Shown here one piece after another: positions 9,395-18,352 of a stretch of 64,000 nt of DNA (within the stretch, counting starts at the first letter, position 1; the number at the start of each line of letters is the position of its first letter). The position numbers were made by a program, and so were the translations under genes. Under the pieces are notes generated by a model. The model worked only from the letters and a program-made list of their open reading frames with translations, was not told the DNA's origin and searched no databases. This DNA is from Polyangiaceae bacterium (lineage in GTDB: Bacteria > Myxococcota_A > Polyangia > Polyangiales > Polyangiaceae), in assembly GCA_965222375.1 (NCBI GenBank), contig CBDCTZ010000011.1:320001-384000 (forward strand). The letters are read 5' to 3'.

Positions 9395-10978
9395 ATGATT
9401 CTTCAAAACAACCGGGATCTGGTCGCCCAGGACGAAGCCCTGAGCATCCGGCGTGGTCGGCTCTTCATCGAGCAGCGGGATGCGGCGGAGCTCGTACGCG
9501 AGTTCGGATCACCTCTGTTCGTCACGTCCGAAGCGCAGCTGCGTTCGAATCTGCGGCGCTACAGCCGGGCGTTTGCGAAACACTGGCCGGCGGGTGTGGA
9601 CATCCTTCCAGCCTTCAAGGCCAATTGGACGCTTGCTACGCGCCGGGTTCTCAACGCCGAGGGGGCCGGCGCCGACGTGTATTCTGAAGGCGAGCTGCAT
9701 GGCGTGCTCGAATCGGGGACGGACCCCGCGCTCGTGAGCGTCAACGGTGGCGGCAAGAGCGAGGCACTGCTCAGGAAGTGTGTCGACGCAGGGGTACGCA
9801 TCACTGTCGAAGATCTTGACGAACCGGCACGCATCGACCGCATCGCGGGCGAGCTAGGCAAACTTGCGACCATCCGTCTTCGAGTCAAACCCAGCTTCCC
9901 CAACTTGTGGAGACCCACGGAGTTTGCCGTGCAGTACGCGAGCATCGATCTCGGCATCCAGGCGTACAAGTCGGGCATCCCTGCCGAGTACCTCCCGGAG
10001 CTCGGTCGCAACGTGCTCGCGTTGCCGAACGTGGACCTCGTTGGACTGCATCTTCACGTCGGCCGTCACCATCCGAGCCTGTGGTACTGGCGCGGCGTCA
10101 TGCGGCGCTACGGTGAGCTGATCGCCGATCTCTGCGACGCCTGGGGCGGCTGGCGCCCCCGCGAAATCGACGTCGGGGGCGGCTTTGCGACGCCGCGGGA
10201 CCCCTTCAACAAAGACGGGCTCCGACAGGATGTGCTCTCATCGCTACTGGCCTATCCGGCCGAGCAGTTGCTTCGCCTCTCCGGAGAGAAACGGCGCTAC
10301 CGCGTGCTCACCACGCTCATCGAACGCCTCTTCGCCCGCGCTCCCTCGACGTTCCGCTCACCAACCATCGAACAGTACGCCGAGGTCGTCTGTGACGAGC
10401 TGCTCGGGGTCTTCTCGCGGCGCGGTATTGATGCCGGGCAAGTTCGTCTTCAAGCCGAACCCGGGCGCGGTGTGTACAGCGACGCTGGTGTGCATTTGGC
10501 TACGGTCAAGAAGGTCAAGCGCCAACACTCACCCCTCAAGCTCAATTGGGTGCTGACGGACACGACGTTCTTCTTCCTCGCCGGCGGAACGATGGTTGAC
10601 CACTTCTTGCACGACTTCGTGGTCGCGAACTGCGCAGACGCTCCCTTGGAGGAGACCGCGGACGTTGTGGGTCACTCCTGCGCTTCTGACCGGATCTTGC
10701 CCTTCGTACGCGTCCCTCGCTTGAAGACCGGCGACGTCATCGCCTTCCTAGACGCCGGCGCTTACGAAGAGAGTAGCGCCAGTAACTTCAACGCTCTGCC
10801 CCGCCCGGGCACGGTACTCGTCAACGGCGACGATGCGACCATCATCCGCCGCGCTGAAACCATCGAGGACGTGTTCGCTCGAGACGTGGTTCCAACGAGG
10901 CTTCGCAAGCAGGCGCACCCGCCGCCTCCACTTCGAGGGGATCTCGATGCTGGTCCAGAGTTGCACACGCAACACTGA
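9395..10978 (+). CDS. PLP-dependent group IV decarboxylase (diaminopimelate decarboxylase-like, divergent)
   Basis: Motifs FGSPLFV, AFKAN (PLP Lys), GLHLHVG, IDVGGGF, EPGR, DAGAY, SNFNALPRP. Confidence 0.85.
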   Translation: MILQNNRDLVAQDEALSIRRGRLFIEQRDAAELVREFGSPLFVTSEAQLRSNLRRYSRAFAKHWPAGVDILPAFKANWTLATRRVLNAEGAGADVYSEGELHGVLESGTDPALVSVNGGGKSEALLRKCVDAGVRITVEDLDEPARIDRIAGELGKLATIRLRVKPSFPNLWRPTEFAVQYASIDLGIQAYKSGIPAEYLPELGRNVLALPNVDLVGLHLHVGRHHPSLWYWRGVMRRYGELIADLCDAWGGWRPREIDVGGGFATPRDPFNKDGLRQDVLSSLLAYPAEQLLRLSGEKRRYRVLTTLIERLFARAPSTFRSPTIEQYAEVVCDELLGVFSRRGIDAGQVRLQAEPGRGVYSDAGVHLATVKKVKRQHSPLKLNWVLTDTTFFFLAGGTMVDHFLHDFVVANCADAPLEETADVVGHSCASDRILPFVRVPRLKTGDVIAFLDAGAYEESSASNFNALPRPGTVLVNGDDATIIRRAETIEDVFARDVVPTRLRKQAHPPPPLRGDLDAGPELHTQH

Positions 10979-11074
10979 AACCAGCGGCACACTGCGCCGC
11001 CAATAGGCGCTGTAAGGCTCGTCCTGACGCGTCCGATCAAGCTCGAGGTGCAAAGTGCGCTATGGTCCGGCGCC

Positions 11075-12121
11075 ATGAGAACGTCATTCTGCGTCGCGAT
11101 CCCGTTTGCGCTCTTGGCCGCCTGCGGTCCCAAGCCTGAGCCCGAGCCCCCAACCGTGGCTCCGCCCCCGCCCGCGCCCACGGTCGAAGCGCCGCCGCCG
11201 CCGGCTGCGCCAAGTGCGGAAGAGCTGGCCAAGAAGGAAGCCGACGAGGCGGCGCGCAAGAAGCTGGCGGATCTCGAGGTCAAAGCCAAGGCGGAGCGCG
11301 AGCGCTGGACTGACGAGCTACGCGAGAGCGTGAAGAAGCTCAGCGGCAAGAAGTACTGGAACGCTACGACCGGACTCCAGGCCGCGCTCAAGAGCCCGCA
11401 CCGCCAAGCCGGCCATGCAGAGCGCGATGCCGCTCGTCATCCGATCAAGACCATGAACTTCATGGGGCTACGTCCTGATATGACAGTGCTCGAGATCGGT
11501 AGCGGTGCTGGCTGGTACACGGAGCTGCTTGCGCCCGTGCTGGCTACGCGGGGCAAGTTGTTGGTGACGGCTCGGGATCCCAACGGCCCAGAGACTGAGT
11601 CGGCCACATTTTATGGGCGGCGCTTCAAGCACTACATCGACAAGTCGGAAGAGCTGTCGGGCAAGGTCGAGGTCATCATCGTCGACCCGAAGAACATGCA
11701 GTTGGGCCATGCAGGCAAGGTGGATCTCGCGTTTGCTTTCCGCGAGATGCACAACTGGCACCGCCGCGGCAGACGAGTGAAGCCGAATCTCGAGCAGGTT
11801 TTCGCCGCCCTCAAGCCTGGTGGCACCTTCGGGGTGGTCCAGCACCGTGCCGCGGAAGGAGCCAACCCCGACGAGAGCGCAGAAAAAGGCTATCTGCCCG
11901 AAGCATGGGTGGTCGAACAGGTCGAAGCCGTGGGATTCAAGCTTGCGAAGAAGAGCGAGATCAACGCGAACTCCAAGGACATCAAGGACTACCCCGAGGG
12001 CGTGTGGACTTTGCCGCCGACCTTGCGCCTCAAAGACAAGGATCGTGACAAGTACGTTGCCATCGGCGAAAGCGATCGGATGACCTTGAAGTTCACCAAG
12101 CCCAAAGCAGCGGCGAAGTAG
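11075..12121 (+). CDS. Class I SAM-dependent methyltransferase lipoprotein (COG4798-like)
   Basis: Lipobox LAAC, RDAARHP, VLEIGSGAGWYTELLA, LKPGG, GVWTLPP, IGESDRM. Confidence 0.85.
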   Translation: MRTSFCVAIPFALLAACGPKPEPEPPTVAPPPPAPTVEAPPPPAAPSAEELAKKEADEAARKKLADLEVKAKAERERWTDELRESVKKLSGKKYWNATTGLQAALKSPHRQAGHAERDAARHPIKTMNFMGLRPDMTVLEIGSGAGWYTELLAPVLATRGKLLVTARDPNGPETESATFYGRRFKHYIDKSEELSGKVEVIIVDPKNMQLGHAGKVDLAFAFREMHNWHRRGRRVKPNLEQVFAALKPGGTFGVVQHRAAEGANPDESAEKGYLPEAWVVEQVEAVGFKLAKKSEINANSKDIKDYPEGVWTLPPTLRLKDKDRDKYVAIGESDRMTLKFTKPKAAAK

Positions 12122-12128
12122 GCGCTCA

Positions 12129-13340
12129 CTACCCCGGCGTCGTCTCCAGCTTGCGTCGAAATCGAACCGTGAGCTTAGGCTTGCACGGTGTTGCTGCGCA
12201 ATCCCGTGTGCCGTCGGTGAGTACTTCGAGGACAGCGCGGCTGCCTGAAAACACCAGGCGCATCAAGCCGAGTTCCTCTGCATCCTCGCCCGCCGCGAAT
12301 AGTCTTCCGGGCTCGGCGGCATCGTCGATGGGGCGAAGCTTGCACCCAGCACCGCTGACCAGCAGCACACCACTGCCATGCGCCTTGCCATCGAACACTT
12401 GCAGACCATGTTCGTGTCCCGATGCATACGCCAGTGGGCCCGTTGGAAGACGGCGGAACAACGTGGAAAGCCGCTCCCGGAAGACCGAGTTGCGACCGCC
12501 GGAGACATCTTGATTGGTGATGCCTGAGCGGCGAAAAACTGGGTAGATGAAGGGCATCGGCAAGAGCAGGCCCGACCACAGATTCGTTCCGGGAAACCAG
12601 GTGTCCTGCGCGCCGAAGTAGCCGCCGTGAGGCCCTCGGGTTTCGAGCGGGTGATGGCCGAGGACGATGGTGGGGCGATCCGTCGGAGCGATTGCCTTTG
12701 CCAGCGCTCGTTCCACGTCGCTCTCGCTTCGAAGGCGGCATCCGGGCGCTCGTTCGTCCTCGTCGCGCAGCCACCACTCGGTGTCGATGCCAACGAACAC
12801 AGCTGCTCGAGTAACGTGCCGCTCCGGCCCCGGGCAGGCGCGTTGAGGCAGCATCTTCACCTTCACCCCGGTGCGAGCAACCCGCGCCAAGTACTCGGAC
12901 TGACGCCGGACCCGCCGCCAGCCATCGGAGGCGCCGTGCCCCCAGTCGTGGTTGCCCGGGAGAAAGAGCGCCGTCGCTCCTGTGCCCTTCACGAGGTCGA
13001 TCTGCGCATCCAAGCGCTCGCGATCGCGAGCGTGGCCGCTCGACGAAGGTTCACGCAAACCCGCGGGATAGATGTTGTCTCCCAGGAAGACCACGACGAC
13101 CTCGGAACGCTTGGAAGCTTCGACGACCTCACGCCGCAGTTGCGGGTACAAGGTGGTGCTCGAGAAGTCGTCTCCTGCGTCTCCGATCAAGTACGCCACG
13201 GTTTGCGCAGATGTCGACAGCGTGGGTGGCGTTCCGGCCGGGTAGCTCGGGGTCGATGCGCAGCCCAGCGCCCCGCTGGCCACCGACGCCGCGACACCGA
13301 GGGCCGCGCCCCTTGCTTTCGCCCTGCAGATGGAACCCAC
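12129..13340 (-). CDS. Calcineurin-like metallophosphoesterase, lipoprotein
   Basis: Motifs IGDAG, FLGDNIY, GNHDW, GHHP, SGHEH. Lipobox ALGC. Confidence 0.88.
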   Translation of the reverse strand: MGSICRAKARGAALGVAASVASGALGCASTPSYPAGTPPTLSTSAQTVAYLIGDAGDDFSSTTLYPQLRREVVEASKRSEVVVVFLGDNIYPAGLREPSSSGHARDRERLDAQIDLVKGTGATALFLPGNHDWGHGASDGWRRVRRQSEYLARVARTGVKVKMLPQRACPGPERHVTRAAVFVGIDTEWWLRDEDERAPGCRLRSESDVERALAKAIAPTDRPTIVLGHHPLETRGPHGGYFGAQDTWFPGTNLWSGLLLPMPFIYPVFRRSGITNQDVSGGRNSVFRERLSTLFRRLPTGPLAYASGHEHGLQVFDGKAHGSGVLLVSGAGCKLRPIDDAAEPGRLFAAGEDAEELGLMRLVFSGSRAVLEVLTDGTRDCAATPCKPKLTVRFRRKLETTPG

Positions 13341-13396
13341 GAGCGGCGCAGCGTAGCATTGCGCCGTCGAGGTGCGGGCCGAGAGCGCGGGTGCCT

Positions 13397-13470
13397 AGTA
13401 GTGGCCCAGCGCCGCTCCACCGTCGCACCCCTTCGGGTATCACGAAGCGCGTCGACCCCAACCAAACTCA
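13397..13470 (+). repeat. REP-like dispersed repeat, family A copy 3 (long form)
   Basis: AGTAGTGGCCCAGCGCCGCT...CACCCCTTCGGGTATCACGAAGCGCGTCGACCCCAACC. Closely matches the reverse complement of 50377-50449. Confidence 0.7.
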
Positions 13471-13559
13471 TCTCCTCGTGCCTTTCACGTGCCATCGCGC
13501 GGAGGTTGCTCCTTTCGGGGGCACGTGTTTCTATGCCCGCTCACCGGAGGTTTGTCACC

Positions 13560-13925
13560 ATGAGCAAGGAATCAGCACGCGCGTTTTACGAGAAGGTCAA
13601 GTCAGACAGCAAGTTGGCCGACGAGGTCACCAAGCGTGGCTCCGATTTGACTGACGACGACATGGTGAACATCGCAAAGGGCGCCGGGTTCGACTGCACG
13701 GCGGACGAACTCGACGAGGTCGGCGAGGAGCTCGGCAGTGAGCTCAGCGACAGCGATCTGGACGCGGTTGCGGGCGGTAGCGGCGCCACTTACGTCAAAG
13801 GCAAAGGCCTAGCCTGGAAGGCCGGTCCTGCTAACAAAGCGCTCAAGATCAAGCCGGGGATCCAGGCCGGTTCGGTCGGAGCCTACAAGGCCTCCGCCAT
13901 CAAAATGAGTCCGGGAAAGAAGTGA
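13560..13925 (+). CDS. Nif11-like leader RiPP precursor peptide A (73 aa leader + 48 aa core)
   Basis: GGAGG RBS at 13546 and ATG at 13560. Leader MSKESARAFYEKVKSDSKL...IAKGAGFDCTADEL...ELSDSDLDAVAGG is the Nif11/double-Gly pattern. Confidence 0.92.
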   Translation: MSKESARAFYEKVKSDSKLADEVTKRGSDLTDDDMVNIAKGAGFDCTADELDEVGEELGSELSDSDLDAVAGGSGATYVKGKGLAWKAGPANKALKIKPGIQAGSVGAYKASAIKMSPGKK

Positions 13926-13982
13926 CGGCCCGCTACGTTGTAGGTACGGCAGAGAAGTGAGTCCGGCGAGGGGAGCAAGCCG

Positions 13983-15149
13983 CTGAGTGATCTCCCGCGC
14001 GACGGCTACGTCGAACTCGGGGGCACGATACGTGCTCGTGATGCCGCCGAGACGCTGCGCTGGTTGAGGCCCAAGCTCGCTCGGGTCGGCGTGACCCGGA
14101 TCGCCCGCGTCACCGGCCTCGACCATGTTCGCGTGGCGGTCAGCGTGGCAGTGCGGCCGCTGTCACGGACGCTGTCTGTGTCACAGGGCAAGGGCGTTTC
14201 CGCCGAGCTAGCGGACGCGTCCGCTGCAATGGAGTCGATCGAACTCTGGCACTCCGAGGAGGCACGACCGCCCGAGCTTCATGGCAGCTATGCAGAGCTC
14301 GCGGCTGCCGGGCATCCGGTTGTCGATCCGGTCACCCTTCGACCGGGGGGACCGTTCCCGCACTCCGCCGACCTCAGATCTGAGGCGTGTGGTTGGCTAG
14401 CAGGTCACAATCTGGCGTCGGGAAAACCCTGCTTCGTCCCTCACTATTTTTGTTCGATCCGGTCCGACCAAGCTCAACCGGCGCACCTGACCAGCGTGGT
14501 GGACTCGACGGGCCTTGCTGGAGGCAACACCATCGAGGAAGCGACGTGTCACGCGCTCTGCGAAGTGATCGAGCGGGACGCGACCGCCCGCTTCGAAGCC
14601 TTGGACAGCGACGCGCAAGACGCTCGCGAGCTCAATCTGGCGACGGTCACCGGCCCGGCCCGGCAGCTCATCGACAAGATTGAAGCGGCGGAGCTCCGCG
14701 TGCAGTTGTGGGACCAAAGCTCCCACGTCGGGCTGCCGGCTTTTGGCTGCACGATTCAAGGAGTCGACGAGTTCCGTGGGTTGGGGCTTTTCGATGGCTA
14801 CGGCGCACATCTGGACCCAGAAGTCGCGGTCTGCCGCGCGACCAGCGAGGCCGTACAATCACGTTTGACGATCATTAGCGGCGCGCGAGACGATCAGCCG
14901 CCGACGACCTATCAGGCGATGCAGCTGTCCCAAGGGGTAGCGCGCGCGCCCACCCCTCCTCGTCACTCCTTCGCAAAAGCCCCAAAGTGTCAGACCACGG
15001 GCAGCTTCCGGGGCGACCTACGTCTGCTGGTGCGGCTGCTGGTCGCGGCAGATTTTCCCGACGTGATTCGCGTGGACCTCAGTCAGCCGGAAATCGGCAT
15101 TCCTGTCGTGTTCGTGTTCGTGCCTTCGGCCAAGGTGCTGTTCGAGTGA
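13983..15149 (+). CDS. ycaO: YcaO family protein, TfuA-associated (thioamide-forming) type
   Basis: Motifs GVTRIARVTGLD, SVSQGKG, STGLAGGN..EVIERDA, EAVQSRLTIISGARDD, GIPVVFVFVP. No C-terminal PxP tail. Start placed at CTG 13983 (see findings); the ORF track starts at 14064. Confidence 0.92.
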   Translation: MSDLPRDGYVELGGTIRARDAAETLRWLRPKLARVGVTRIARVTGLDHVRVAVSVAVRPLSRTLSVSQGKGVSAELADASAAMESIELWHSEEARPPELHGSYAELAAAGHPVVDPVTLRPGGPFPHSADLRSEACGWLAGHNLASGKPCFVPHYFCSIRSDQAQPAHLTSVVDSTGLAGGNTIEEATCHALCEVIERDATARFEALDSDAQDARELNLATVTGPARQLIDKIEAAELRVQLWDQSSHVGLPAFGCTIQGVDEFRGLGLFDGYGAHLDPEVAVCRATSEAVQSRLTIISGARDDQPPTTYQAMQLSQGVARAPTPPRHSFAKAPKCQTTGSFRGDLRLLVRLLVAADFPDVIRVDLSQPEIGIPVVFVFVPSAKVLFE

Positions 15150-16801
15150 CGGTGTCCGGCGCAACTCGTGACGACTCGCCCGTTGTGGTGTTTCTGGGTC
15201 CCACACTCTCAGTGGCCGACGCGCGGGCCGAGCTTCCCGACGCGCTGTACGTGCCACCCGCCCGCTGTGGTGACGTGCTGCAGGCGCTGCGCCTGTCACC
15301 TCGCGCGCTCTTGATCATCGACGGCACCTACGAGCGCACCCCCGCGGTGTGGCACAAGGAGATTGCCCTGGGGCTCGAGCGCGGGATCCCGGTGTTCGGC
15401 GCGGCGAGCATGGGGGCCCTGCGCGCCGCGGAAATGGAAAGCCTGGGAATGATCGGCATAGGTGGCATCTTCGCCGAGTTTCGGGATGGCAAGCTCGTCG
15501 ACGACGATGAGGTCGCCGTGATCCACTCCGCCACCGGAGAGCCCCTCTCCGAATCGATGGTGGACATCCGCGCCACGGTTCAGCGCGCGGTCGAACGCGG
15601 GCTGCTGCAAACCGACCAGGCAGGGGAGATTGAAAGCGCCGCGAAGCAGCTGTTCTATCCAGAGCGCTCATTCGACGCCGCCCTGGCCCAGGTGAGCGAC
15701 GGCTCCGCGATGCGCCCCTTCGCCCAGTGGCTGGCGGAGGGCGGGCGGGTCAAGCGGAAGCGAAGTGACGCACTCGAGGCGCTGCGCGTTGTCGCTCGCT
15801 ACCGCACAAACGGTTTTCCCCAGGTGTCCACTGCCGAGCCGGTGACGGTGCCACGCACGTCGGCGCTGCGGGTCCTGTCACGACATGTGGCTTGCAGCGC
15901 GTACCACGGCGAAAACCCCGCACTTCCCGTTTCGGAGCGCGTGCTGCAGGCGGGGCGCTTCCTGGGCGCTCCATACCGCGATGCCAAGCGCCTCGCCGAG
16001 CTCATGGGCACGCTCTACGACGTTGCGCGAGCGCAAGCCGCAGTAGGAGAGCTAAACGTTGACGCCACGGACGGGGCGCTAGGTCCGTGGTGGAGCGAGA
16101 TGGATTCGCTCGAATGGGCGACTGCCAACGACAGCACCCGCGAAGAGCAGCTCGCGCTGCGCGACCGTATCCGGCTTATCGCTCGGCTGGAGCGCGACGT
16201 GCTCCGTCCACCGCCCGAGCCACGCGCCCTCTTGACTTGGCGCGTGGCGACCCGCGAGTCGCGCTATTTGCGCTGGTTGGATGCCCTCGACGACTCGACG
16301 GGGTCTGTGCCAGCGCCTGCCGCGCGTGTCCGGCGCTTGACCGCCCGAGCCTGGCGGACGCTCGATGCGGTGGCCCGCGACGTAAAGCTGATTCCGCACG
16401 CCGAGTTGCTCGCCACTGAGCTCACTGGCATCCGGGCTCAGCTCGGCCTGGTCGAGCCCGAACAGTTCGAGAGGTGGTCGGTCACTCATCGCCTGAACCC
16501 CCACGAGCTCGGTGCGTTGCTGATCGCTCACATTCGATGGCACGCGATCGCCAGCGAGGTACAACCGGCTGCGCTCGGGGTGAAGCAAAGCAACGAGACG
16601 GTGCACTGGCTGCTCGACGCGATGCGACTCAGCGGGCTCTATCCGATCGCGCGCGAGCTGTTGACTCTCGACCCCGCCGAACGCGAAGCGACCGCAATCT
16701 TCCCAAAGAATCTGCTAGAAGCTCTTGACCGCGACCTCGAGACTGACGAGCCTGCAGCTATGAGGCGTAGCTTGTCGCTGTTGGGCGCTGCGCCCGCTTG
16801 A
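15146..16801 (+). CDS. tfuA: TfuA-like protein with long C-terminal extension
   Basis: Motifs VVFLGPTL, PPARCGDV, IIDG..PAVWHKEI, GAASMGALRAAE, DDDEVAV, FYPERS. GTGA overlap with the ycaO stop. Confidence 0.92.
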   Translation: MTVSGATRDDSPVVVFLGPTLSVADARAELPDALYVPPARCGDVLQALRLSPRALLIIDGTYERTPAVWHKEIALGLERGIPVFGAASMGALRAAEMESLGMIGIGGIFAEFRDGKLVDDDEVAVIHSATGEPLSESMVDIRATVQRAVERGLLQTDQAGEIESAAKQLFYPERSFDAALAQVSDGSAMRPFAQWLAEGGRVKRKRSDALEALRVVARYRTNGFPQVSTAEPVTVPRTSALRVLSRHVACSAYHGENPALPVSERVLQAGRFLGAPYRDAKRLAELMGTLYDVARAQAAVGELNVDATDGALGPWWSEMDSLEWATANDSTREEQLALRDRIRLIARLERDVLRPPPEPRALLTWRVATRESRYLRWLDALDDSTGSVPAPAARVRRLTARAWRTLDAVARDVKLIPHAELLATELTGIRAQLGLVEPEQFERWSVTHRLNPHELGALLIAHIRWHAIASEVQPAALGVKQSNETVHWLLDAMRLSGLYPIARELLTLDPAEREATAIFPKNLLEALDRDLETDEPAAMRRSLSLLGAAPA

Positions 16802-16835
16802 TAGGCCGCGGGCGACGCAGAGGACTGGAGAAACT

Positions 16836-17336
16836 ATGCGCAAGGTGCTTTTCATCTTCGGGCAGCTCACAGACAGCGATGTGCAGTGGTTGGCGAAGCA
16901 AGGTCGGCGCACGCGAGTGCCCAACTCGACGGTGCTGATCGAGCAGGGTGTCGCGTCCGAGACCGTCTACATCGTGTTGGAGGGTGAGCTCGTCGTCGAA
17001 CAAGGCTCGCCGCGTCGAGAGATCGCGCGGCTGGGCGGCGGTGAGATGGCGGGGGAGATGTCTTTTGTCGACGCGCGGCCCCCAAGCGCCACCGTCACAG
17101 CCGTTAGCGATGTCGTCGTGTGCGCAATACCGACAAACACCCTCGCCAAGGAGCTGCAGAAAAACCTGGCCTTCGCCGCTCGCTTCTACAAGGCGGTCGC
17201 CACCTTCTTGTCCGATCGTTTGCGAAAGGCGACCGACCCGGATCACGACGACGAACTCGACGACAATGTGTTGGACACGGTCGATCGTGCCGGCGCACGA
17301 TTTCAGTCCCTGGGCAGACAGCTTCTCGACGGCTGA
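16836..17336 (+). CDS. Cyclic-nucleotide-binding-fold protein associated with NHLP-type peptide exporters
   Basis: LIEQG, VYIVLEGEL, GEMSFVD..PSATV. GGAG RBS. Lies immediately before the HlyD gene. Confidence 0.85.
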   Translation: MRKVLFIFGQLTDSDVQWLAKQGRRTRVPNSTVLIEQGVASETVYIVLEGELVVEQGSPRREIARLGGGEMAGEMSFVDARPPSATVTAVSDVVVCAIPTNTLAKELQKNLAFAARFYKAVATFLSDRLRKATDPDHDDELDDNVLDTVDRAGARFQSLGRQLLDG

Positions 17337-17362
17337 GGCGAACCCCCGCACGCGACACTCCG

Positions 17363-18352
17363 ATGCCATCTAATAAAGTGTTTCGAAAGGCCGCACTCGA
17401 CCGACTCGCCTCGCCCGAGCAGCTGCACACGCTCATGCGGGTGACCGACGCCAAGGGTTGGCTCGCCCTGCTCGGCTGCGCGCTGATCATCTTGACGGCC
17501 CTGCTGTGGTCCATCTTCGGAACCCTTCAGACGAAGGTCTCTGCCAGCGGGATCCTCCTCAGCGGCGGCGCTCTCGCCGAGGTTACGGCGGTCAGCGAAG
17601 GCCAGATTGCGTCCGTCGAAATCGAGGCTGGCGACAATCTCAAGAAGGGCCAGCTGGTTGCGCGCATCGCGCAACCATTCCTAGAGAAAGACATCGAGAG
17701 CCTCCGGCGGCGCCTCGCGGAGCTGCCTCAAGCGCAGGACGCGGGGGTTGCAGGAGCTGCGGGTGCGTCCGCCGGCGATGCGCGTCGACGTCTCGAGCTC
17801 AAGATTGCAGGCCTCGAACGCCAGCTCAAGGCCAACAGCGCCCTGCTGAGCGCTTTGGACGGTCGCGTGGTGGAGGTGCGTGCGGCGGTGGGTGACCGCG
17901 TCGTGCCGGGCACGCCCATCGCTGCCGTCGAACGCTTGGGCCAAGAGCAGAAGCTCGAGGCGCTCCTCTACTTCGATTCCCATCGAGGCAAGGCAATGAA
18001 GCCGGGGATGGAAATCGAGCTTTCCCCGTCCGTGGTGCGCAAGGAGCGTCACGGCGTCTTGCTCGGCCGCGTGCGAAGCGTCGAAGACTTCCCGTCGACG
18101 CGGCGCGGGATGATGGGGGCGCTGCGCAACGAGCAACTCGTCGAGTCGTTCATCCAGGAGGCGGGCGGCGCGCCGATCGCCGTGCGCGCGGAGCTGATCA
18201 CCGATTCAACCACGCAAAGTGGCTTTCGCTGGTCGTCGGGCAAGGGCCCCCCGGTCGTGTTGACCAGTGGTACTCGCTTGGCTGGTGCCGTCATTACGCG
18301 AACTCAACGTCCGATCGCGCTGGTGTTCCCCGCGCTCGACTACGGCGGTTAG
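17363..18352 (+). CDS. NHLP/NHLM bacteriocin system secretion protein (HlyD-like adaptor)
   Basis: N-terminal VFRKAALDRLASPEQL, one TM helix, lipoyl-like halves, SGFRWSSGKGP, RPIALVFP. Confidence 0.9.
   Translation: MPSNKVFRKAALDRLASPEQLHTLMRVTDAKGWLALLGCALIILTALLWSIFGTLQTKVSASGILLSGGALAEVTAVSEGQIASVEIEAGDNLKKGQLVARIAQPFLEKDIESLRRRLAELPQAQDAGVAGAAGASAGDARRRLELKIAGLERQLKANSALLSALDGRVVEVRAAVGDRVVPGTPIAAVERLGQEQKLEALLYFDSHRGKAMKPGMEIELSPSVVRKERHGVLLGRVRSVEDFPSTRRGMMGALRNEQLVESFIQEAGGAPIAVRAELITDSTTQSGFRWSSGKGPPVVLTSGTRLAGAVITRTQRPIALVFPALDYGG

Noticed and set aside
11075..13340. Methyltransferase and phosphoesterase as RiPP tailoring genes
   Set aside because: Both are predicted lipoproteins of widespread families, outside the co-directional operon. 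Nothing links them beyond proximity.
12627..13559. 432-aa ORF 12627..13925 as one protein
   Set aside because: The upstream part is antisense to the metallophosphoesterase. The RBS and Nif11 pattern begin at ATG 13560.
13983..15149. Azole/azoline-forming (TOMM) interpretation of YcaO
   Set aside because: No E1-like partner or flavin dehydrogenase, no C-terminal Pro-rich motif, Cys-free cores, and TfuA is translationally coupled.
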